Below, piece after piece: positions 21,438 through 32,697 of a DNA stretch of 64,000 nucleotides (within the stretch, counting starts at the first letter, position 1; each line of letters begins with the position of its first letter). The DNA comes from Emiliania huxleyi CCMP1516 (taxonomy: Eukaryota), in the NCBI RefSeq assembly GCF_000372725.1, contig NW_005201391.1, forward strand, positions 298,736-362,735. Reading direction: 5' to 3'. The notes below the pieces were generated by a model. That model did no database searches. It was not told the DNA's origin and was given only the letters and a program-made list of their open reading frames with translations. A program made the translations under genes and the position numbers.

Positions 21438-23457
21438 CTACTCCTCCTTCAGCTTAGCTGGGGAGGTTCGACAGCACACTATTATGCTCATCGCGAGTGC
21501 GCCTCCACTGATCAACATAGCAATGATTGACAAAACGAAAGCGGCGACGCTCAGTCCATTTGCCTGCGGTGCAGGGCAGCACTCAGCTATGCCCAGCCGC
21601 CCCTGCTGCTCAGCCCGCGTGCCGCTCAGCCAGAGCCCATGTGCGACTAGGGCATCTTTGACCTCTCTGCTGCTGAGCAGCAGGACGCGCGTCCAACAAG
21701 CCTCAGTGCACGGCATGTGTAGCGACAGTCCCAGTGCCGCGGGGACGCACGTTTGCAACCTGCATGACCCGCTCGATGCGTGCTCCGCAATGAAGTTTCG
21801 CCTCGGAAGTAGCGCCGTGTTGATACCACGCATCGGCCACCTTCGTGCCGCGGAGACCTTCCGGCATCGCGCAGACGTATCAAAGTGGTGGTGGATGATC
21901 CGAGCACCGAGGCGGGAACAAATGTTGTAAGTGCGACAATGGTCATTTGGCCTTTGTCGGCGCGGTTGATTTCCTTCACCAATCGAGAGGCTGTGCGAAA
22001 TAGCGGAGCAGAAGAATGTGACTGCGCCGCGGCTCAAGAGTGCTGTGATGTCACCCGTGCGATGGCGCTCTACTACTCGGTGGTGCATTGCGGGTTATCT
22101 CGGTCTGCTTCTCGAGGAGGCATTTGGTGTTACAACATCTAATACGGCTCAGCATCATGGCGGCCGGCACGACGCTCCGTCCTCCTCCTGCGGCCGGGCG
22201 GTTCGCCGGTGAGGACGACGATGAGGACGCAGGCGACAGCATCCCTGACCGGTTGGAAGGGCCGCGGTGGGCACGCATCATCGTCCGCCGGCTGATGCTC
22301 GAGATGACCTTTGTCCTCGCCTTCACGTCGCCGTCGTCTTTCAGTGCAGCCCGGCTAGTCCTTCACCAACCTCGTGCTATTTTGCCCTTTGTGCCTCTCC
22401 GACGGGCGGCCTGCAACAGCAGCTCAGGGGGTGCTCTCCACCACCTTATTCCTGCTCATCGGCATCCCGATCTTAAGAGCTGCTATGTCGCGCGTGGTCG
22501 ACTGGCTGATCGATAGGTAAATTCGCGCCGTCCCGTTCTTCCGGCGGCCTTAGCGAGGCAAAGGCATCTGCGGTCAAAGGGCTGAGGCTACGGCTGGCAA
22601 GCCTCCCCTCGACGAACAGACGAGGGAGCAGGCGTGCACCAAGGCTGCTTTGCGGCACAACTGGCGGAGGAGGAGGCGGACGAGAGGCGGCGGAGGTGCA
22701 GGCGAAGGCGGAGAGCGCGGCCCAGCGTGGTGGAGAAGGAGGGAGCAGAGGCGGAGGAGGAGGCGGCGTGGCGGCAGACCACAGAGGCGCGGCTAGCCGC
22801 GCGCTGCAGCCTGTGCACACACGGCGCGCGAAGGTGAGCGCGCTCACATGCTGGGGATCTATGGCTCGCGTCAAGCGCTGCCCTCAGCTTTCAGCGAGTC
22901 GCCGTGGAATCAGTCATGGGTAGGTTTGGGACATACCTTTTGGCTAGACTACACAAGCGGAATGGCCTCGGTTCGACTCGGTTTCCGTCTCTCCACACGT
23001 CGATCTTGTACCCGCGGCCCGCTGGCGCGCACTGCCGCGCGCACACACATCTCGACACACAACCCTCTCGATGATCTCGTGGCCAAAAGTCGCTGCCGTA
23101 CCGATAGGTGAGGCGGAGAGGTGCACGTCAGGCCTTTGGCCCTGCGTCCACGCTCACACTAACATCTCCCGGCAGCTGGAAGGAGAATACTCGGTGCTCT
23201 GGCGGCGAAGCTGGCGGCGGCGGGGACGGCGGCAGCGGCGGCGGCGGCGGCGGCAGCGGCGAGGGCGGCGGCGGCGGCAGCGGCGGCGGAGGCGAGTCTG
23301 ACTTCCGCTCCGCAATCACGTGGTAGTCGCCCATCAAAGACCTGCGTAGACCGACAGCCGCGCCGCCAGGGAGGAGCACAGCGATGACGGCGAGCAGCAG
23401 AAGAGGGAGCATGCTAGCAAGCCTGCGCTTCTGCACGACGGGCGGCGCCGTGAGCAT
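21438..23457 (-). pseudogene. Possible degraded Pro-rich type-I membrane protein gene
   Basis: Signal-peptide-like MLPLLLLAVIAVLL plus SPPPP tracts at 23128-23457, a second Pro-rich patch at about 22660-22790, and a TM-like C-terminus (FVLSIIAMLISGGALAMSIIVCC) at about 21440-21560. No clean exon chain found. Confidence 0.3.
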
Positions 23458-23747
23458 GACAAGGAGAGGGGTAGGGCTTACTCCGAAAAAAAGAATACGC
23501 GGGGGCTCCGAAAACGAAAAAGAGAGGAATCGGATACATGAAACCAGTTGACGCAGTGGCAAGTATGCATCTTGCGCGCCTGCTTGTTATCTTGTCGGCG
23601 TCGCCCGCCACCGCCGCCATGGAGATCTGCTCAAAAGAACAAAAAATTAATTTCTTGCAAACTAAAACCAAAGAAAAAGAATGAAGGGGGCGCGGAGCCC
23701 AGGCTTCCTTGTCATTGCGTCACGGGAGCTTGGCCGACCTTGTTCGC

Positions 23748-24977
23748 ATGTTGGTGGCGCTGGCTTTGACTGCTGCGTTCGCCGCTCAGAACCTCGACAC
23801 CGAACCGCTTCTGGCTTATTGTAAGAAGCCGTGGTGGAATCCCATCTCATCCTGCGTCCCATCCAACGATGTCGCCAGGAACGTGGGCTCGGCCAGCGAG
23901 CGCTCTGCTGCTGACATTGTGTCCTTCGACCTCAACCGAACGACCACGCAGTCAGTGTACCGCAACACCACGCTCATCGCTGCCCTCAGGGCAGTTCTGA
24001 AGCAGCCAGGGAGTGCCACCAGACCGCCACCCAAGGAAGAAGGCCGGCGCCTTGAGATTGAGTCGGTCGGCAGCGTTTCTCGGCAGCTCTTCGGGCCAGA
24101 CTCGCGGAGGCCGGTTGGGTGCTCCGATTCGGAGGCTGGGCCGTTTCAGATGATGGTACGTCTCTCCACCGGTTGCTCTGGCGTGATGGTTGGTTCTCGC
24201 CACGTCCTCACTGCCGGCCACTGCGTGTACAGCTGGTACGACGCCGCCGGCAACGAGCTCAAGAATAAGGGGTGGAAGATGGACGCGAACAGGAAGGTCT
24301 TCGTCGGATATTCACGCGAGTGGGGTTGCCCCACCGGCGCGCCGTCGGGCACAGGCACCCTCTGGGGCTCCGACGTGGACGGCGTTCAGACGGTGCGCTG
24401 GGTCGAGGCGATCAGCATGATGACCTACACTGGCTTTGTCGAGAGTGGCGACGCCGAGTACGACATCGCGTTAATCGAAGTGAAGAACCGTCCCGAGACG
24501 CGCCGGTCGGCGTCGGCGGCGCTGACGGGACTGCCTTGGATGACGTTTGGCTTCTACTCGAACCCGAGCTACAGGTGGACGTGGTGCACGGCGGGGTGGC
24601 CGGGCGACCTCTCGCCGCCGCTGCAGCTGCACGCCGAGTGCTCGCGCGACAAGGTGCAGGACATCGAGGGGAAGCTCTTCGAGATGGAGCTCGACGGCGC
24701 TCAGGGACAGTCCGGGTCTCCCCTCTGGCCGGCACTCTCACCTCCGCAATCCAACGGCGGCCACGGGGCCATGTTCAGCGACAAGCTGGAGGCGGGGCCG
24801 GCGCAGGGCGTCTTCGCGCTCCTCTACCAAGAGGTGTTCTGGTTCTTCGGGTGGTGGGTCATCAACGAGTCCAACGACTTTGCTCGCATCGACGCCAACC
24901 GGTTCGTCTCTCTCTGCGCGTGGATCAGCGACCACGTCCGCGCGGGCGAGTTCAACCCCTGCGCGGGCGTGCTCTGA
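23748..24977 (+). CDS. Secreted trypsin-fold serine protease (V8/glutamyl-endopeptidase-like, S1); single exon
   Basis: Signal peptide MLVALALTAAFAA; CSGVMVGSRHVLTAGHCVY (His), YDIALI (Asp), GAQGQSGSP (Ser). Confidence 0.9.
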   Translation: MLVALALTAAFAAQNLDTEPLLAYCKKPWWNPISSCVPSNDVARNVGSASERSAADIVSFDLNRTTTQSVYRNTTLIAALRAVLKQPGSATRPPPKEEGRRLEIESVGSVSRQLFGPDSRRPVGCSDSEAGPFQMMVRLSTGCSGVMVGSRHVLTAGHCVYSWYDAAGNELKNKGWKMDANRKVFVGYSREWGCPTGAPSGTGTLWGSDVDGVQTVRWVEAISMMTYTGFVESGDAEYDIALIEVKNRPETRRSASAALTGLPWMTFGFYSNPSYRWTWCTAGWPGDLSPPLQLHAECSRDKVQDIEGKLFEMELDGAQGQSGSPLWPALSPPQSNGGHGAMFSDKLEAGPAQGVFALLYQEVFWFFGWWVINESNDFARIDANRFVSLCAWISDHVRAGEFNPCAGVL

Positions 24978-25584
24978 TCTCGAGCTGGGCTCTACGAGTT
25001 CAACTCCGGATTCCGCCCTCGCCACGCGGTGGGGCTGTCGAATAACACGCATCGGAGAGCTGAGAGAGCTGAGAGAGGCATGCGGGCCGCGAGGCTAGGT
25101 TCGGGCAGAGGCGGAGCCGCGAGACCCCTGTCGCCATGTGATGGTGTGGGCGTGTGTGGCGTGGGGCCTTCGGGTTCGGCGCCGAGCTCCCTGGCCACAG
25201 GAAAAGTCGGTTCGTACGTAGATCGTAGTACCCGGGTAGGTGAGGAGAGCGTGTCTCGCTGTCCTCGTTTTCGTGTTCGAGAGCGAGTGATCACGTGTGT
25301 GCCCCCCCGGCGCGCGCCGCACTGCGGTGTACGCTGTACGGCCCATCGGCCCTGTTGACGCGGTCTGAGTGCTGAGACGGTGAGAGCTGAACAAGTGCTC
25401 TGAGTGCGTTAATATGTAATGACTAATGTGTAAAGGGCTAAAGGCTCTTTAGCCGTACGTCTCGCCGTCGCGATGAAAAGAGAGATACCTGTACTCTGTA
25501 TGTGACGATCTATGTACCATGTGTACTCGCATGCAACACCAATTGTTGTGTTTGTACGCGTGAGAGTCGACGTATAAATCTCAA

Positions 25585-27956
25585 TCACGCCTTCGCACTA
25601 GCCAAGTCCAAAGTCGCATCCTTCACCACCTCCTCCTCCTCGCCGCGCACCTCCTCCTCGTCGCACTCCGAGCCCTCCTTGGCCGTGCTGCTCGCGTCGA
25701 GGTCTACCTTGAGCGGGTAGGCGCGGTTGAAGCTGCGCATCACCTGCTCACACCACCGGTGGTGTGAAGAGACGGCGCCCCACGTTATGGGGGCTGCGAG
25801 CGCGGTCTGGAGCGTCGCAACGCACCATGCCGGTGAGCCACGCCAGGAAGGCGTCCTCGATGCACGAGGGGAGCGGCAGCCGCGGCGTCCCCATGGCCAC
25901 CTCGATGTTCCAATCGATGACCGGCGGCGCGTCCTTCTTGAAGGCGAGCTCGATCGCGCCGTCGAAGACGTCCCACCTTGTGAGACGCGCGCCGAGATCT
26001 AGCCGAGGTCTAGCTTCTAGTCGAGATGTAGATGAGATCTAGCCGATCTGCCGTGACCCCCCGGGTACTCTCGGGTGCTCTCGGGTGCTCTCGGTCCTTC
26101 TCGGGTGCTCTCGGCGAATCTCGCGCACCAGGCGAGCGAGGACGTGTCGACCCGCAGGCTGCGCAGCTCGAGCGTGCCGAGAGAGGGGAGTCCGTTGTGC
26201 CCGCGCGCAAAGAGGACGAGCCGCGCCTAATCTCGGGTGGGTGATCTCGCGTGATCTCGGGGCAATCTGACGCCCGGCACACGCGGAGAGGACGAGTCGC
26301 GCGTCGTTGTCTTTGACGGCGACGGTGGAGGTGTAGCCGCCCAAGCTGCGCACGTCGTCTCCGAACAGCTCCTACAGACAGACCCGCCAGCACTGCATGC
26401 ACTCCGCCCACTCGTGATCGGGCTTGCAGTCGCTAGAGAGCTCCTCGCGGCTGTCGAACCGCACGGCGAAGTCGAGGTCGAGATCGAGGGCCAGCACCTC
26501 GTTTGGCTTGTCGCGCATCGCGCGCGGCATAAAGTCGGGCGGGTAGTCGATATCGAGCGACGCCTAGGATTGAGTCTCGACTAAGCACGAGTGCAGGAGG
26601 GGGGGGGGAGGGTCGATGTCGGGCGCGCGCCTTGAGCCGCCGCGGGAGCGCGCGCTGAAGGCACTTTGCGAGTAGCGGCGAGTAGGAGGCCGCGAGGTGC
26701 CTGGGCGGGGCAATGGCGAGGTGATCGCACCCCCACACACACACAATGCTGGGGCAAGGAGCGACAGGCATCCCACCTCGCATCTCCATGTCCTGAGTCA
26801 GGCGCGAGCTAGGCCGGGAACCCCACGGCAATTAGAGTGCAAGGGCGGGTGCGCGTGAAATGGGGCGAAGCGTGCGCCTGTCGGCGGCCTCCGTCACAAG
26901 GTCGTCCTCGGCCGCCTCCCTGGCCTTCTTCCACCCCTTCGGCGGCCTGACGATCCGCGGCTCAATCCGGACGGCCAGCCTGCGAGACGAGTACACACGA
27001 AGTCAGCTGACTTAGGGGGCGGGCGGCGCGCGCGGGAGTCGCAGGGACTACGAGAGCTGCACGGAGGCCCTCTCGCTCACTCGGCATCTAGGACGGTGAA
27101 CCGCTTGATGATCCCTCGCGCGGACACGGGCGGCGGCTTCTCTCCGAAGGCTGGAGGCGCGCGCGAGCACTGCTGCGGCAGGCAGCCCGCAGCGCCGACC
27201 CTCTCGTACCGCGCGGCGCCTGCCTCGCCGACCTTTCTCCGCCAGAGGCGGCCCTCGGCATCCATGCGCAGCACCTCGAGCGAGTAGTTGGCGAGCAGGC
27301 CCTCGTCGCCGAGCGGCATCGGCACGCCCGAGTTGTGGATGGCGGACATCGTCCGCTGCACCTCTCGTCGGATCGGCGTGAGATAGCGAGGGAGCAGCGC
27401 CTTGAGAAGAGAAGCGGAACATCAGCGCGGGGGCGCCGCGCGTTGGGGAGAGGTGTTGGGGCAGGGAGCGCAGCGCCTTCAGCACGAGGTTCACCAGCGC
27501 CACCGACGTGCGGAACAGCTTGATCAGCGCCCGCCGCCTCATCGCCGCGCCCGGGCCGCTGGCGCCGGAGAGCGCCATCACCACATTCGCGCAGGCCGTG
27601 CCACCCGCCGCGCCCATCTTTACGAGCCGGTCCCGCATCACCTTCAGGCCAGCGCTGTCGCACGCCCTGTCCGCCGCGTCGAGCATGGCGAGCCAGACCG
27701 TGGAGCTGCAGCGCCGCACGTTGGCCTGCACGCGAGTCGCCGCCCGATCGGTAGCGCTGACGGCCGCCTTGGTCGCGGCCTTTGCCGCTCCTTTTGCCTT
27801 CTCCGCGCTGCCCTTTGCTGCCTTCTTCACCGTTGCCGCGCCGGTGCTAGCTCTCTTCTTTAAGCCGGCGAACGGCGATTTTGGCGAACGGATGGGCGAA
27901 CGGATTGACGCCGGCGCGCTCGCCGGCAACGGAGGCGAGGAGGCGACCTCTGTCAT
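25585..27956 (-). CDS. Hypothetical multi-exon protein
   Basis: Exons MTEVASSPP...LVNLVLK; VQRTMSAIHNSG...; LAVRIEPRIVRPPKGWKK; ASLDIDYPPDFMP; WDVFDGAIELAFKKDAPPVIDWNIEVAMG; VMRSFNRAYPLKVDL...AKA*, separated by introns with CGAGAT-type repeats. Confidence 0.6.
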
Positions 27957-28114
27957 CACTGGGGTGAGGAGACGAGCACTCGACAGGGGCGTGCCGCAGC
28001 TGCAGCCGGAATCAGCAATTCACAGGCGCCGCCTTTGGGAATTCTTTTGGGCCCTAGCTGGAATCTCGAAAAGAAGCGCCATCGTATCAATAGCCCTGCT
28101 GGCGCCCCTCTAAA

Positions 28115-29454
28115 TCACGGCTTGACGTCATTGACGTCCATCGCTATGCCATGCAGCCCCATCACGAGCAGGTCGCTGTAGATGAGCACCGCAAAAGCCG
28201 TCTCCAAAAAGACGGAGTAGTAGGCGAGGGCCTGCGACGTCGCCCCAAAGAGCGTGAGGGAGCCCTGCACGCTGATAAAAACCACGCCGGTGCACAGCTC
28301 GAGCACCATGATGGTACCGCGGAGCCACTGGTCCAAGTTGAGCGGCAGCAGGTCGCGCGGCGGAGCGTGCTCCGCTGGCGGGCCGCAGAGGCACTGCCGC
28401 CACGTCGCGCACGCGCGGCGAAAGACATTCTCGCCGTAGTGGAGCTGCGCCAGCTCCATGCCGACCATGGTGCCATAGCCAACCATCGCACCAATGTTGT
28501 GCATCATCATCAGTATGAAGTCATACCCGCCCGCATCGGCGGGGCTTGGCACGACCGAGACGACCGCGGTGCAGAGCGTGCCCACGACGAGCCACACGAA
28601 GCGCAGCTTGCCCTCAGACGAGTCCATCCATTGCCGCCCGCTGTCACTGAGCCAGCGGCGCGGCAGCCAGAATGGAAACTCCGAGACGAGGAGCGCGATG
28701 GAAGAGAGCAGGATGCAGGCGAGGAACACCTGAGGCGGATCAGCACAGTGAGGGCGGCCGCGCCGGCAAGAAGGGCGGCGGGCGGCTGGAATGGCGCACC
28801 CTTCCCGTGGGCGTGTTGAAGTCGGAGGATAGGTTCGAGACGGTGGCCTTGATGAAGAAGTCATCGGGGATAAGCTCAATCACCTTCTCTAGCCCCGTGC
28901 ACGAGTCGGGCGCCCTCGGCGGGTTCAAGAGCGCTATATGGCCATCCTGCCACTCGGTGCAGATTTCGTGCGTCATCACAGGTACAATGACAAGCCTAAA
29001 GCGAAGAAACCGCTTATGCTGGTGGCGACTGTCGTGTTCGCGTGCCCTCTTGCTTGCCACAATGCGCAACGCCCAGACACATGCCATCTTGCGCATCTAG
29101 GAGGACGGGCAGTGGCGGCAGAAAGGCCAGGTACGCGAGTAACGCGCCCGCGGTGCAGAGCCATGCGCTGCGGCGGCGCATAAAGAGGGTGATCGATTTG
29201 AACGAGTGGAGCGGAAGGTCTTCGTCTGCGAGCAGCGAGCGTGTCGACTCTTTGTCGAGGCGCTGCCATTCCAGTCCACGAGCACCGTACGCGTGAGCCG
29301 CACCGTCATCGTCGTTTGGTCGCTTGTCGTGGGGTGATTTCGGGTCTCTCTCCAGCGAGCGGATCGTGTCTCGAATCGAGGGAATGGCCGCACGGCCGGG
29401 AGAAGACTCGTGCTCGGGCATTTTCCGTCCGTATCGTTGCGGGTCCCTTTTCAT
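28115..29454 (-). CDS. Multi-pass membrane protein (possibly Frag1/DRAM/Sfk1-like); about 3 exons
   Basis: Six hydrophobic segments; ATVSNLSSDFNTPTG / VFLACILLSSIALL ... MMHNIGAMVGY ... SVFLETAFAVLIYSDLL. Confidence 0.6.
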
Positions 29455-29949
29455 ATATAAAACAGAGTGACTTTTTTTAGAATAACTAGGTGCCGGCGAT
29501 TCAACACGCAGACCCCTCAGCTCAACACCTCAAACCCGGCGGGCACGTGACCGAAACGATTGGGGGGCAAAGCAGCAGCATTGTGTGGCGGCGACCACTC
29601 CACTGCATAGCAGCTTGGCGCGTAGCGTGCCGCGCCCACTCCACTGCATAGCAGCTGGCGCGTAGCGTGCCGCGCTCCTTCAGCCCTCGCCCGAATGGTG
29701 GCCTCTCGGACCGTCTCCGCCTTCTCCGTCGGATGCCTCCTGCTCGCGGCGGAGAGGCGCTGGTCCCCTCGACGTCTGCTCCGGCCGTGCCCGCCACGCC
29801 CGAGGTTGCGGTGGGCATCCGTCGGCTGCCTCGCCTGAAAGCCCCAACGGTCGCGGCCTGCAGGCGCGCGACGCACGCTATGTCACTCACCACCCAACCC
29901 AACTCCGCGCTCTTCGTTTGCGCTCCTCCCCTCAACGCGGCGGAGAAAT

Positions 29950-30865
29950 AATGGTTGGGTAGTAGGGCTAGAGGGTCGCTCTACACTTAGCCTCTGCAGC
30001 GAGCGAGCGCTCAACTTAGCCCCCGCACGGAGCCGGGCTCGGACTTAGACGCTGTATGGTCGGGGGCCATGAACTTAGACGGCACAAGGCCAAATCCGGG
30101 TAAAACCCGGGTATACCTGCAAAAGTCCAGGTTTACCCGAAAAATACCTGGACGCGTCCCGACCAACGTATGCCGCGCACGACGCCATATCGCCTTGTCC
30201 CAGGGCCAGTGCGCTACTTGCGGCGCGCAACTCCTGCTCAAGTACGCGCACCGTACCATGTGCTGCCGCTATGCGTGTCTTAAGGCGGCTGCGGCGAAGC
30301 GGCGGGCGCGGCATGCCGATGGCAGTGCGGACGATGCGGTTGCGATGTGTTCTGCTTCAAGATCGTGGCGGTGCTTGGCATGCACTTCTGCGATCCCAAT
30401 CAGCTCATCGCAACGAAGCAGCGCAACAAGCTGGCTGCTGCCAACAAGGCCCTATGCTAGATCTACCTCACGCGCGGATCGTTCAAAGAGGACCAGCATA
30501 CACAGGCTTCCTTGACATGCGTTTGTTTGAGCTTGAGGCTATTTGTGAGAACTGTTTGGCTTGAAGATTGCGCTCAAGAAGAGCAACGAGAATCGGAAGA
30601 GGAGGATGCTGAGGCGGCGATTGCTGAGCATGAGAAGGATCGATCCGGATTAGAAGGCGCCCGCCGCAGGCGAAGAAAATTTGGGGGCTAGCGCCGTATC
30701 GTTGATCACGGTGGGAGCCTCTTGGCCCCAGGCTGTGCCACGGCCGACTTAGCCGATGTAAGAGGCTCTCGCTGATCTTAGACCGCGTAAGCACCCCAGC
30801 GTGACTAGTCACACTTAGACCCGCTCAGCCTCGAGGCTCAGAACTTAGACTACTACCCAACCAGT
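29950..30865 (+). mobile_element. Non-autonomous TIR transposon, copy 1, 8-bp TSD
   Basis: Ends AATGGTTGGGTAGTAG ... CTACTACCCAACCAGT; TSD GGAGAAAT (29942-29949, 30866-30873); ACTTAGAC subterminal repeats; inverted copy at 52628-53548. Confidence 0.9.
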
Positions 30866-31048
30866 GGAGAAATTTGCTGCCAGCTCGTCTCTGCTCTCTC
30901 TCTCTCGCTCTGGCATGGCTTGTGATGGACCTCCCCACGGGATGCGTATCAAAATTGAACTTGTATAGGGGCTTTATACTAAATAGCATGCTTCATAGCA
31001 TGCTTCATGTGTGCCAAGCCGCAAGCGGACTGTGAGCGACGAGAGATC

Positions 31049-31519
31049 TCAGGCGAAGCCCGAGACATACGACTCCTTTTTGGGTGGCGGCGCAGGCGTG
31101 GCCTCCTCCCCCTCGGTCGGAGAGGCGCTCCCCTCCCGCTGCGGCACCTCCGAGTCGCTCTTTCGCAGGCTCGCCACGCACTGCGGCGCCGGCAAAGACC
31201 AGTCGCCCATTGGAGAGATGAAGCGCGAGACGCTCTTGAGCATGGCCATCATGCCGGGCACCTCGTCCTCATCCTGCGCCTGCGCCTGCTCCCGCACCTC
31301 CACCTGCGCCTCTACCTGCGGCTCCACCTGCGGCTCTGCCTGCACGTCCATGCCCCGAGCCTTCACCTCTCCGGCGTCACTCGCGCCGGGGGTGCTACAC
31401 TCGCTCTCGGCATCCGGCGTGCACGGCTCCAGCTCATTGCGGAAGGAGGAGAGCACGGACTCGCGCGCGGACTGCACCTCACGTGCATGAGAGTTGTGCG
31501 AGGAGCAGGAGGAGCCCAT
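31049..31519 (-). CDS. Small acidic hypothetical protein with possible N-myristoylation/palmitoylation motif
   Basis: 156-aa ORF starting MGSSCSS, with QVEPQVEAQVE repeats. Confidence 0.5.
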   Translation of the reverse strand: MGSSCSSHNSHAREVQSARESVLSSFRNELEPCTPDAESECSTPGASDAGEVKARGMDVQAEPQVEPQVEAQVEVREQAQAQDEDEVPGMMAMLKSVSRFISPMGDWSLPAPQCVASLRKSDSEVPQREGSASPTEGEEATPAPPPKKESYVSGFA

Positions 31520-32320
31520 GGGAGTTGGTTGCGTTGTGGCGAAGGGACGCGCGCTAAGTCCTTGGCCGGGTTGCTTGGAACGTATCCGTGAATTGAAAGG
31601 GAGAAATTTAATTACTTGTTACCCTTGCCGTTGTGGACGGTCCGTTCGTGCTTGATGCCGCGCCGGCAGGTGCGCCATTCTCGAGCCTCCCGGCGGTGGT
31701 TTTTTGGCGTTTTGTTTGGATACCGTATTGGTATTCGAACTGTGTGAGTGTGTGTGGACCCGCACACCGCACACCCCTGCTCGGCCGCAAGGGGACAATA
31801 GAGATAGGGCCCCCGCCCGTGGCGTTTTAGAGAGAGAGAGAGAGCTTTGTTACATCATGGTTGTGTTTGTTGTCCTCTCTCTCTCTGTCTCTGGCGCTCA
31901 CGCTCCTCTCTAACGCTCCCGCTCCTAGTCGGTGCATTCACACCGACACCTCGCCGCCCACTTGCTACTTCACACCCTCTCCCGTCCAACGCCTGCTACG
32001 TACCAGGCCACGCGCAGTAAAGATGCCAGGACGACGACGACAGACACCTCAGACCAGAAGTTCAGCCTTGGACAGCGGGCGCCGCCCGGCAGTGGACAGC
32101 GTCTTCTCCGCAAGGCGCACAGAGCTGCCCTCGTAGGGGCGAGCGCGGCTCGCGCGCGCGCGCGCCGTGCCGGGGCCGGCCGCCTGCCTGCCGCCCCCCG
32201 CCGCCCCGCGCACCCGCGCCCACAGCGGGGGGATCGCCGCGCGCAGCGGACGGCGCGCCGACTCGGCTTGCGCGCAGAGTTTTGACACAGTTTCGCGCGC
32301 GCGCAGGTGAGCTGCGAACG

Positions 32321-32597
32321 ATGCTGGCTGCTGTATCTGCGCTCCCTCTCGGTGCCCCGGCGTCGGGGCCCGCTGCTTCTCCGTCGCAGATCCTCGTCCT
32401 CGGGATGCACCACGCGGGCACGTCGATCGTCGCAAACTTGACCATGATGCTGGGCGCCAACGGCGGCGCGCGCGAGGAGATGCTGCTGCACCCATCCAAT
32501 CCGCTCAAATACTGGGAGCGCGCCGACGTGGTCGGCCTCGACGAGGAGCGGCTGGCTGCGGGCGTGGATGCGGCCGCCGCGCGCTACACTCTGCCTG
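32321..32597 (+). CDS. Sulfotransferase-family N-terminal part (truncated by gap)
   Basis: ILVLGMHHAGTSIVANL..LG.......LL..SNPLKYWE..DVV.LDE resembles the 'vLGMHRSGTS...NpkGyfE' PAPS-binding N-terminus. Hydrophobic leader MLAAVSALPLG. Confidence 0.75.
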
Positions 32598-32697
32598 NNN
32601 NNNNNNNNNNNNNNNNNNNNNNNNNNNNNNNNNNNNNNNNNNNNNNNNNNNNNNNNNNNNNNNNNNNNNNNNNNNNNNNNNNNNNNNNNNNNNNNNN

